A stretch of 64,000 nt of DNA from Desulfomonilia bacterium (GTDB taxonomy: Bacteria; Desulfobacterota; Desulfomonilia; UBA1062), in contig JBEKDT010000012.1 of NCBI GenBank assembly GCA_050014195.1, forward strand, positions 94,181-158,180, in the 5' to 3' direction. The number at the start of each line of letters is the position of its first letter. The first letter of the stretch is position 1. The position numbers and the translations under genes are program-made. Below are positions 8,159 through 17,100 of the stretch, piece after piece. The notes under the pieces were generated by a model, which saw only the letters and a program-made list of their open reading frames with translations, did not search any database and was not told where the DNA came from.

Positions 8159-8288
8159 AATAGTTTATAAGATCGACTTTGGAAAATGCAACCTTGACGA
8201 TTCTATGCGGTCTTCTTGGGCTTCTCATGGGTGGTGTGGAAAGAACCAAAGAATCCTTCAATTCGTAAATCCCTTTTTCAACAGACTC

Positions 8289-8355
8289 TGCCAGTATCGG
8301 CACTCTTACATGATATGACCATTTACATATATCTCATCCGGAGATCATCGGTTTT
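8289..8355 (+). repeat. Boundary element copy F (left half, followed by intron copy 2)
   Basis: tgcca...catatatctcatccggagatcatcggtttt|GTATG. Confidence 0.8.
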
Positions 8356-8884
8356 GTATGTCACGAATGCCGAGAGGCAATGCTGTGTAGGAGATGAGGG
8401 GAGGCCCCTCGGAGCCGGTTTACAGGAGCAGGCTTCAAACCGCCCTAAGCTGCGATGGTAAAGAGCCATGGTGGTGAGCGTTAGGGAAAAGGCGCAAGGA
8501 ATGCGTCAGGTAGTATCGGAGAGACGAGCGAAAGCGAACCAATCGATGAGGCATCGAAAATGATCACAGATGATGTCAAAACCAGGGTCCAAAACTAACT
8601 CTGGGAACAGCTCAGAGGAAACCTGTTTACTGTCTGAGCGGCATCCGGTGTAGAGATGGTGTGAATCCGATACGGGCTTTTACACGGAACGTGAGAACCT
8701 GTCGTCTGGATGAGAAGGGAGAAATCCAAGGAGAGGCCCCCCGAGGATGAGAGTACCGATGCCAGGCACAGGGGCGGGACAGCTCGTAGTAGAGAAGAAG
8801 CTCCTGTAATGGTAATGGGAGTGGAGCGAAGGGGCTGTGTTGTTCAGGAGGTATTTATTGATCAACCAGAAATGGGAGGAATCA
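8356..8884 (+). mobile_element. Second, 3'-truncated copy of the group II intron
   Basis: Almost identical to 6145-6667; 5' GTATG variant, gtaatg duplication; identity stops just before the IEP ATG, no domains V/VI. Confidence 0.92.
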
Positions 8885-8958
8885 GGGATCTACAATCCAC
8901 CCTTAGGAGAAGATGTCTCAAGTTGTTTATTAAAAGCAGGGTCTCATTATGCAGCCCC

Positions 8959-9084
8959 TGTCATGCAGCCCCTTGCCCGGAACAATCTGATGATTATTAT
9001 ATAAGGTTCCAATAAAAAGGACTCCATGGAATTCCTCATGTGGTCCTCTACGGGAAAGGAGATAACTTTATGGGAAAATGGGAT
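8959..9084 (+). repeat. ~125-bp promoter/leader-like repeat (inverted pair of 1741-1866)
   Basis: TTGCCC-N16-TATTAT, leader, AAAGGAGA RBS and a short ATG ORF. Confidence 0.9.
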
Positions 9085-9248
9085 TCGTCATAGGAGTTTT
9101 TGTAATGATAGTTCTAGTGCTTGCGATTGTCTATTTTTAATGCATAGAACACAAGATTTTATGCAAGATACCATCCAAAAAGGAGAAATCGATGGAAAAC
9201 ATTTCTCAGGGAATGAGACAGATTTTGGATGAACAAATAGTATCTATA

Positions 9249-10115
9249 ATGAAGTCCAAGCTCTTGATTCTATTCGTAGTAGCGGCATTGGCCTCGCTTC
9301 TTTACCCACCCTTGGTATCGGCCACGCCAATACTGGGTTCGGCGCAGAGCTTCGCGGTTCTGGGTCACGAAACGGTGACCAATGGCCATAGCGCCCCGAA
9401 CCCAACCACTCAAATATACGGGAATTTGGGTGTGACGCCAAAAACTTCGGTCACTGGCTTTTATCCTGACGGGACCGTGAGCGGAGGAACGATACACATA
9501 AATGATGGGGTCGCGCAACTTGCTCTGGCGGATGCAACGACTGCGTACAATACGCTAGCAGGCTTGCCGTTCGTTTACAACTATACTGGTTTTGTCCTGG
9601 GTTCAGCGGGATACACCACGCTCACGCCGGGTGTCTATCATTTTGACTCATCGGCTCAGTTGACAGGAGCACTCACTCTCGATTTCGAAAACGAGTCCAA
9701 TAAGGACTTCATTTTCCAGATAGGGAGTACGCTCACGACCGCAAGCAGCTCTTCTGTTAACGTCATCAATGGGAATTCAACTGACGGTGTGTATTGGCAG
9801 GTCGTAAGTTCTGCGACTCTGGGTTCAGACACTACATTCGAAGGAAATATTCTTGCTCTTGCAAGTGTTAGCCTTGATCCTCGCGCACAGATTCTGTGCG
9901 GGAGAGCCATCGCGCTAACTGGGGCAGTGTCGTTGATAGACAATCTTATCTCCAACAATAACACCGCCCAAAACTTCGGTAGCGGCCGCTCCGACTTCGG
10001 CAGCTACGGCTTCAGTGGCAGCGCGGCGCCGGTCCCGGAACCCTCAACCATGCTCCTCCTTGGCTCCGGGCTGCTTGGATTGGTGTCATTGGGGAAAAGG
10101 TTCAAGAAAGTTTGA
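9249..10115 (+). CDS. DUF3494 (ice-binding-like beta-solenoid) protein with PEP-CTERM tail
   Basis: LGSAQSFAVLG, TLTPGVYHFDSSAQLTG, FIFQIGSTLTTAS, VYWQVVSSATLG, FEGNILA, GRAIALTGAVSL; VPEPSTMLLLGSGL tail; ORF track start is 9192. Confidence 0.92.
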   Translation: MKSKLLILFVVAALASLLYPPLVSATPILGSAQSFAVLGHETVTNGHSAPNPTTQIYGNLGVTPKTSVTGFYPDGTVSGGTIHINDGVAQLALADATTAYNTLAGLPFVYNYTGFVLGSAGYTTLTPGVYHFDSSAQLTGALTLDFENESNKDFIFQIGSTLTTASSSSVNVINGNSTDGVYWQVVSSATLGSDTTFEGNILALASVSLDPRAQILCGRAIALTGAVSLIDNLISNNNTAQNFGSGRSDFGSYGFSGSAAPVPEPSTMLLLGSGLLGLVSLGKRFKKV

Positions 10116-10163
10116 TCAGGCGTAACAGACGCATTCTTCAGGGGGCAGGTCAGTAAGATTGAG

Positions 10164-10257
10164 ATATATGAGGTTGACCCGCTAACCTGCCCCACGTGTT
10201 ACGGCACGATGCGATACTGGCCTTCGTCGAGGAAGAGCCGGTAATCCGAAAATACTG
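10164..10257 (+). pseudogene. Frameshifted C-terminal relic of an IS91-family-like transposase
   Basis: IYEVDPLTCPTCYGTMR/ILAFVEEEPVIRK/IL resembles the C-terminal zinc-ribbon of IS91-like transposases. Confidence 0.65.
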
Positions 10258-10338
10258 CGTACAAAGAATCAGAAATTGGTGACGTGTTCACATTATTCCC
10301 CTGCAAGGATGAAAAATAGAAACGTCCCCTTTTCTCTT

Positions 10339-10496
10339 TGGGGAGAGGGGACTGGAGATTCATGGCTTTTATGTCTCATACTCCCTGCAGATCATCATGT
10401 ATAAAAACTATTCATTCTCTCATATGCACAGATCTCATTTGAATATCTGGAATAATCTGGACCTATAAAAATCAGATAGTTATCGCAGTAATCTCT
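10339..10496 (+). repeat. ~160-bp direct repeat (pair of 2421-2580) containing boundary element copy G (10427-10493)
   Basis: Near-identical to 2421-2580. Confidence 0.9.
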
Positions 10497-10738
10497 GCTA
10501 TCGGATAATTAAAACCATCAAAACAATATATTATAACACGATCTCTTCAATACGTTGTCATACTTTCTAAACTCTAAAGTTTTAAGAGTAAAAATCCGTT
10601 TAATACCATAGTGTAATTTCCTTATGTTGTTTCATGATTATTAGGTCACGAGAAGAAGTTCGATCTTAGAAGTTTTACAAGCAAATTAGTTCTCAGGAAT
10701 GCTTTTATTACAGGCACCAGAACTGGAGGAAGGCGAAC

Positions 10739-12292
10739 ATGTTTAATATCATCAATAACATGTCAATCAGGTTGAAAATGGTTGGTATAGCAATCTTTGG
10801 TATTCTCTCTTTTGTATGTCTCCTTTCACTCGTTTATTACCTCAATTTCGATTCTGAGTTGAAAAGACTTGCAATGGCAGACCAGGAGACTCGCCAGCGG
10901 GTTTTCTGGCATCTACTTGAGGAAAAAGGCCAGAATATTGATATTGTCGACAACAAACTTAAGATTGGCAACTATGTAATCAATGATAATTTTGAGCTTC
11001 CTGATATGATGAAGAAACTCTGTGGAGGAACAGCAACTATCTTCATGCATGATGAGCGGGTATCCACCAATGTCATGACACCGGATGGTACACGTGCTAT
11101 TGGCACGAAACTACAAGGTGCAGCATATGAAGCTATTTTCAATAATCAAAGATCATACAGGGGTTTGGCAAATATTCTTGGAACACCTTACTTTACCGCC
11201 TATGATCCTATTAAAAACAACAAGGGAGAAATTATCGGGGTACTCTATACAGGTATTAAGAAAAGCGAATACTATGCATCATTCAACACGCTCATCACCC
11301 ACATCCTCATACTGACACTTATAGTTACTATTGGCACGGCTTTTTTGTGGATGTGGCTTGTAGATGGCATGATCACCAAGCCAATGAACTATGTCATCAG
11401 ACGTATTGCTGATATAGTCGAAGGAGAAGGCGATTTAACCAAAAGGGTGGACACGCAAGGAAATGATGAGATAGGAAAGCTGGGTCAGGGGATCAATGCA
11501 TTTCTAACAAATTTCGAAAGCATAATTGCTAAGGTAAAAGAGACGTCAACTCAACTAATTTCCGCTATACAAGAAGTTGACGCCGGTTCACAGGGACTCT
11601 CTCAAATAACCCAGGAACAGGCATCGGCTGTTGAACAGGTGGCCGCCACGATTGAACAGATGACATCGAGCATTAAGAATAATGCTACTCAGGCAGATAA
11701 GGGGCACACAATGACAAAAAGTCTGGTTCAACAGACTACTGTCACACGAGAGTCAACCAAAGATCTTATGAAGGCCATGGATGAGATCTCTATGTCTTCC
11801 AAGAAAATTGGGGACATTATCACAACAGTGAACGAAGTGGCCTTCCAGACAAATCTCCTGGCCTTGAATGCTGCTGTGGAAGCAGCCCGTGCCGGTGAGC
11901 ATGGTAAAGGATTTGCCGTTGTAGCCCAAGAGGTCAGATCATTGGCACAACGTTCAGCCGATGCCGCCAAACAGATTAAGGAAATGATAGAGGATAGTGT
12001 TAAAAAAGTTCAGGTTGGCGATGAGATAGTTAAGAAATCTGTAGTTTCTCTAAAGGAGATCATTAATCATATCGACATGCTTTCCCAGACCATGGAGGAG
12101 ATCTCCTCTTCATCAAATGAGCAATCCTCAGGTGTAGATGAAGTGAACAGAGCTATAAGCCAGATTGACACTACTACTCAACAGAATGCTTCCACGGTAG
12201 AAGAACTAGCTGCTGGAGCAAATATGCTGAGTAATGGAGCAGATGAGCTCAAAGAGACCGTTGAGCGTTTTAAAGTTTTAAATGAGGGATAG
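10739..12292 (+). CDS. Methyl-accepting chemotaxis protein (Cache sensor, HAMP, signalling domain)
   Basis: Two TMs; GGTATIF..RVSTN Cache motif; [31 protein letters not shown]. Confidence 0.95.
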   Translation: MFNIINNMSIRLKMVGIAIFGILSFVCLLSLVYYLNFDSELKRLAMADQETRQRVFWHLLEEKGQNIDIVDNKLKIGNYVINDNFELPDMMKKLCGGTATIFMHDERVSTNVMTPDGTRAIGTKLQGAAYEAIFNNQRSYRGLANILGTPYFTAYDPIKNNKGEIIGVLYTGIKKSEYYASFNTLITHILILTLIVTIGTAFLWMWLVDGMITKPMNYVIRRIADIVEGEGDLTKRVDTQGNDEIGKLGQGINAFLTNFESIIAKVKETSTQLISAIQEVDAGSQGLSQITQEQASAVEQVAATIEQMTSSIKNNATQADKGHTMTKSLVQQTTVTRESTKDLMKAMDEISMSSKKIGDIITTVNEVAFQTNLLALNAAVEAARAGEHGKGFAVVAQEVRSLAQRSADAAKQIKEMIEDSVKKVQVGDEIVKKSVVSLKEIINHIDMLSQTMEEISSSSNEQSSGVDEVNRAISQIDTTTQQNASTVEELAAGANMLSNGADELKETVERFKVLNEG

Positions 12293-12414
12293 GCATAATC
12301 TGTATCGATATTATTGATATACAAAATAATAAGAGACCCTTGTAATGTATGCCCCATGTTAAGGGCAACAACTTTGATATGAATATAAGAAAAATATCTT
12401 CTAAACAAAGCGTA

Positions 12415-12546
12415 GATTTCGTGCCATGACCTTCAGTTTATCCATATTGAATATTTCTTAAGGTTATATCTGTTTGATCCGGACTGAAGGTTATGTGCCA
12501 CCACATGGATTCTTTCATCAGTGCGCATAGTTCTTCCCAAGATCAT
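12415..12546 (+). repeat. Repeat Y (12415-12489) followed by a degenerate left half of the boundary element (12495-12546)
   Basis: Aligns with 7970-8044; then gtgcca...catagttcttcccaagatcat. Confidence 0.55.
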
Positions 12547-12696
12547 AACAAATTTATAAGCAGGGGTAGACGACGTTTCTTATGCCGTTATGTGTTGGTG
12601 TCCTCATGCCAGAAACCCCAAACTCTGGGCTTACCATTAGATAATGTACGCATTAACTGGATGGTCCTTATCTTAGAGTCATGCTTTATCTTGATA

Positions 12697-12840
12697 GAGC
12701 CAATTGCAAAAGACCGAGATCGTTATTCCAGCGGGAGCGGGAATCCAGTCTTTTCAAAATATTCTGGACCCCCGCTACCCGATCAGGTCGAGGACAAGTT
12801 TCGCGGGGGTGACACCTTTTTTGAGTTTTGCAATTGCCTC
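12697..12840. repeat. REP/RPE-like palindromic element
   Basis: Terminal IR caattgcaaaa/ttttgcaattg enclosing gttattccagcgggagcgggaatccag...ctggacccccgc...cgcgggggtgac. Confidence 0.7.
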
Positions 12841-12853
12841 GATCGTCAGATAT

Positions 12854-14194
12854 TTATACCGCGATATAGCTCTTGATGAAGCCTTCCAGATCGGATGCCT
12901 CTTCAGGCCCTACCATCACGCGCCAGCCAGGGAGGCTGTCTTCCAGCTCCCCGCTTATCTGGGAAACATAGCCCGGTATGACGATCCGGCGCGTGTTGAT
13001 CTGTGCTTCCAGGTTCATCTCCTTGATGAATTTGGATATTGTGCCGGCGGAGAACTTCCCGGCAGCCCAGGCGGTAAGCACGCTCATGCCCTCGCATTCC
13101 GGTACGACCAGCCAGGCACTGATGCCGCTGTTCTCGATTTCACCTGAGACAATGAAGTAAGTGAGTGAAAAATTTGTGGTGACGAAAACAGGCGAATCCG
13201 GGGTCGGTTCGCCGATTGCATACACTTTTGGCTCAACCTGGATGGGCTTCTGCGGGTCAGTATATATGTTGAGCCGGAGTGTCAGGAGCGTTGCGAGTTG
13301 TGAGGCATGAAAACCGGGCAGGACGCAGATACTCCCGTATTTAGTGATCTCCGTGATGGCAGCAGTAGTGTCATCCATCAGGGTGCCGGTATCGATGAAG
13401 TGCACAAAGGGATATCCAAGCGGTTTGAAATTGTCTTTGATGGCTGAGCGTCTGGCTATCGTATTCGTCTGCAACTGTTCTGAAAGGGAATGGGTCTCCA
13501 GTTGGAGCAAAATGTTGTGAAAACCGTTTTCACGGTGTCTTGATACCAGCTCGATCAAAGAATCCATGTCAGGTGCTGCAAACGCAATGGCATGTTCCTG
13601 TTCCTGTGCAACAGGCACAAGGATGGCTGCTGTCTTTTCATCCGGGGCGCAGAGAACGCTGCGGGACCCTTGAATATGAGATGTCGCTCTAACAATCGCA
13701 TCTGCACTTTTGCCCCGCAGGATCAGAGGCCTGCCGGTTACCTGCCAGGCCTTGGCTGCTAGCTGTATGAATGCTGCTGCATCTAAGGACAGCTGAGTAA
13801 TCGCAACCATGCCGACGGTGAGGGACTCTCCCACACGCTCGAGCACATAATTCTTGATGGAGGTAAGGGAGGCATCGATCCTTGCCGGCTCATCGGTGTC
13901 ATTGATGTTGATGGCCATGATGGTCGGGTTCAGAAAGGTCTTGTCATGCCGGTACAGCACGGTCTCGCCTCCGGCAATGAGCCTTTTGTCAGGGCCCAGC
14001 ACAACGGACTTGACCGGAGGTTCGTTGGCGAGCCCCAGGACCTGCTTAGCCTCCTCAGATGCATACGGGCACTCGGAGATATCAGCCTTTTTGGCAGCCA
14101 GCTTCATGGCAAAGGCAAGGCAGGTGTTGGACCCGCATTCCTTGCAGTTGGTCTGCGGCAGGAGTTTCTGTATCTGGAGTCCGCTCAGCGCCAT
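12854..14194 (-). CDS. acsC: Corrinoid Fe-S protein large subunit (ACS gamma)
   Basis: MALSGLQIQKLLPQTNCKECGSNTCLAFA; IYTDPQKP; VTTNFSLTYF; VLTAWAAGKF. Confidence 0.95.
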   Translation of the reverse strand: MALSGLQIQKLLPQTNCKECGSNTCLAFAMKLAAKKADISECPYASEEAKQVLGLANEPPVKSVVLGPDKRLIAGGETVLYRHDKTFLNPTIMAININDTDEPARIDASLTSIKNYVLERVGESLTVGMVAITQLSLDAAAFIQLAAKAWQVTGRPLILRGKSADAIVRATSHIQGSRSVLCAPDEKTAAILVPVAQEQEHAIAFAAPDMDSLIELVSRHRENGFHNILLQLETHSLSEQLQTNTIARRSAIKDNFKPLGYPFVHFIDTGTLMDDTTAAITEITKYGSICVLPGFHASQLATLLTLRLNIYTDPQKPIQVEPKVYAIGEPTPDSPVFVTTNFSLTYFIVSGEIENSGISAWLVVPECEGMSVLTAWAAGKFSAGTISKFIKEMNLEAQINTRRIVIPGYVSQISGELEDSLPGWRVMVGPEEASDLEGFIKSYIAV

Positions 14195-14199
14195 GATGA

Positions 14200-17100
14200 C
14201 TACCTCCCATCCATCAGAGAAGCAATGGTCTTTTCCAGTGCCATGGCTGCCTGCGGATGATACATGATAACAATCGATGCCCCGGCAAAAAGGAGCGAGG
14301 TTGCGGTTGAGAGCTCCCACAGTGCTGCACGGTCCTTAAGATCCCCCCAGGCCGGGAAGTCTGATTCCGGGGCGCGCAGCTCCTTGATCTTTGCACACTC
14401 CTGTCCCGGGGAGACGATCATGGGTGCAGCCAGCATCTTATCGCCGGCAAGGCTGGTGAGGCGGATCCGTTCCATGACCGAGTAGGTATATTCAATGCCA
14501 TATCCGACGGCACTCGTGACCGGATCGATAACAATCCTCTCGGTTGGGATATTCATATTGGCAAGCAGGATATTCAGTTGCTTGGCAATATTCACATCAA
14601 TGGGGCTCTGGGCAACGATTGTATGCCCATAGGCCAGGGCCGCACCAGCAATGGTGCGGTAGTTCTCCTGCTCCACCCAGCTCAGGAGGAGATTTTCGCC
14701 GGCACACCCACGTGCAACCTCTTTCATCACCTCGTTGATCTTGTCAAAATGGCTGTGGCCGGTGATGATCAGCGGGACATCGACTGCTGCAAGAACCGAT
14801 TTTACCAGTGCCAGGGCTTCTTCAGGGGAACTATTCCCTTTTTCCGGATGCGTCCCTTCAAGCCTTACGCTGATGAGGTCGGCCCCGTATTTATCCACAC
14901 ATACCTTGGCCATTTCTGCAGGATCGTTAAGGAGATCACCCCATATCGAACGCAGTGCCTCAGGATACTTCGGGCTGACCTTGTCAAAGACCTCAAGGGC
15001 CACCAGAGGCCGGTTTTTCATGGCTCCTTCGAAGTAAAGGAAGGGCATGGCAGTATCTCCGCCGATGGTATAGGTGCGTCCCCGCGTGCCTCCCCCAGCA
15101 TTTGTGGCGCCAAGGGTGACTTCGTAAACACCCTGCTCGCAGGTCTCTTTCCTGATGGGCAAAGACTTTATGGATGCTATACGCTCCCTTGCAGTGGGCC
15201 TGGTTACCTTCCTTTCCGGCTTATCATCCATGGGCTTATCGAGATTCACCGGTGCAGTTACCTGGTCTTGCAACTTGGTTTCTGGGAACCGGTTGCTCAA
15301 GACATTGATGATATCGCCCACGATATCCTGGGCAAAGGTCTGTTTGATTTCAGATTTGATCTGTTCGATGAGCTCTGCTTTTAATTGCGCAATCTGGTCT
15401 TTTGAATATGATGTATCAGGCTGCTGCGAAGGCGAGACAGACACTGACTCTGCAACTACCTTTTCCCGAGCTGTTTCTCGGGGCGTACTTTCAACGGATG
15501 CAGTATCATGCCTTGCAAAGTCTGCGATGTCACCCATCTCGATGGCAGGGTGCTTCACCCTTTCCAGGTAGGCCCTGATATCGTGAGGTTCAATGGCAAC
15601 GGATTCGTCCGGGATCTTCTCAAGCAGATCCGGCTCCCCCTGTTCTGCAAAGCGCCTTTTCAGGTCTTCGCCCAGCATCTTCTTCAATCCCTTTGTCATC
15701 CAGATCAAGCGCTTGTGGCCCCCTTCGGCAAAGAGGAATTTGCGCGAGGTGAGGAATACCTTTCCGCAGCCCATGAAGCCCGGGGTCTGCTGGCCACCGC
15801 CAACGCTGCCGGCAAGTGTGGAAAAGGTCATGCCCGCCGGGGTGTCACCGGTGTATTCGCGGTTTACAGCCATGATCCCGTTGCATTCCGGGACATAGGC
15901 GCATATGACCTCGAAACATCCGCAGCTGGTCATGGGCCGGTCCATGATGGAGTAGGTGCAAACGGAGGGAATTGTCTTGTGTGATGAGAGATACACATAG
16001 TCATCCACGCCCTTCCACACACCCTTGACCGGGTCTGTGCACTCGCCTTTTTTCACGGGCTGGTTGGGGCCCGTCTCATCGATCTCATAGGCTGCCCGTG
16101 CATCGAGCCAGTTGTACGCCCCGCACAGGCCTAAACGTTCGGGTGTGACCACACAAACATGATTGGGTGCAAAGGACTGGCACAGCAGGCATGAATAGAA
16201 GATATCCACGTTCTCATCGGTCATGGATTCGAGTCGGCGGTTGCGTTCAATATAGGTGTTCCGTGCAATTTCCTGCCGTTTTTCAACCTCATCTTTTTCG
16301 GTGATGAGGGTCACCTTTACCTTGTCGACAATGGCAGGATAGTTGGACAGGAACTTTGCATGGATGATCTCTCCGTAGTGCCTGAGGCGCAGTCCCTTTT
16401 CAAAACCGCTTGTGGAGATGCGGGTCCAGACGATATCACGCTGGCCCATGTGCCAGATGCCCTCGGCGCTGTTAATGAGATGGTGGATCTGCCGCTCTAA
16501 AATGGCCTCAAAGTCGGTCTGCATCTTCCTGCCTGCCACCTCGACCCAGATGGCAAGCGGCAGCGCCGAACCCTGAGGGACCTGGTCCACATCGGGTCCG
16601 ATGATTTCGATGGCGCCGTCTTCGATCTCATCCATGCCCACCATGGTCACGAACTCGAAGGCCGGGGTGATATTACCCCCGAACTCCACCTGCGTATCCT
16701 GCTTGCGGATGCGCTCGCCCTCGAACGCGGGTCCATAAGGAACCGGGATGGGGACCTTGGTTATCTTGACCTTGCAGCCCCTGACCTCAAGGGCCTTATC
16801 GACCATGCTCTCATACGGCACGGAAGAAACGACATGTTCATAGGTGCATATGCCTGTGGGCAGGATCTGCGGGATCGCGGTGTCGGCAATGACCGGAAAG
16901 CCGTAATTCAAGGCCCCGGCTGCTGCGGCATACTTCTCGGCATCCACTTCGCCGAAGGCGAGCACAAAGGCGAAGATGCGATCCTTGTTGTATTTCAGGT
17001 TGGCATGGAAATCACCAGGCTTCACATTCCCGAAGGACAGGGCGGAGCGGTTGGCAAAGCCCAGGGCATAGATGAGGGCTGACACATCCTTGCCGAACGG

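Noticed and set aside
10273-10332. Possible RAYT/REPIN-type palindrome (also 27635-27655)
   Set aside because: Too short and degenerate to support without genome-wide copy counts.
2421-12546. Boundary element as CRISPR repeats
   Set aside because: Copies are divergent and separated by 0.4-2 kb gene-bearing segments; no cas genes.
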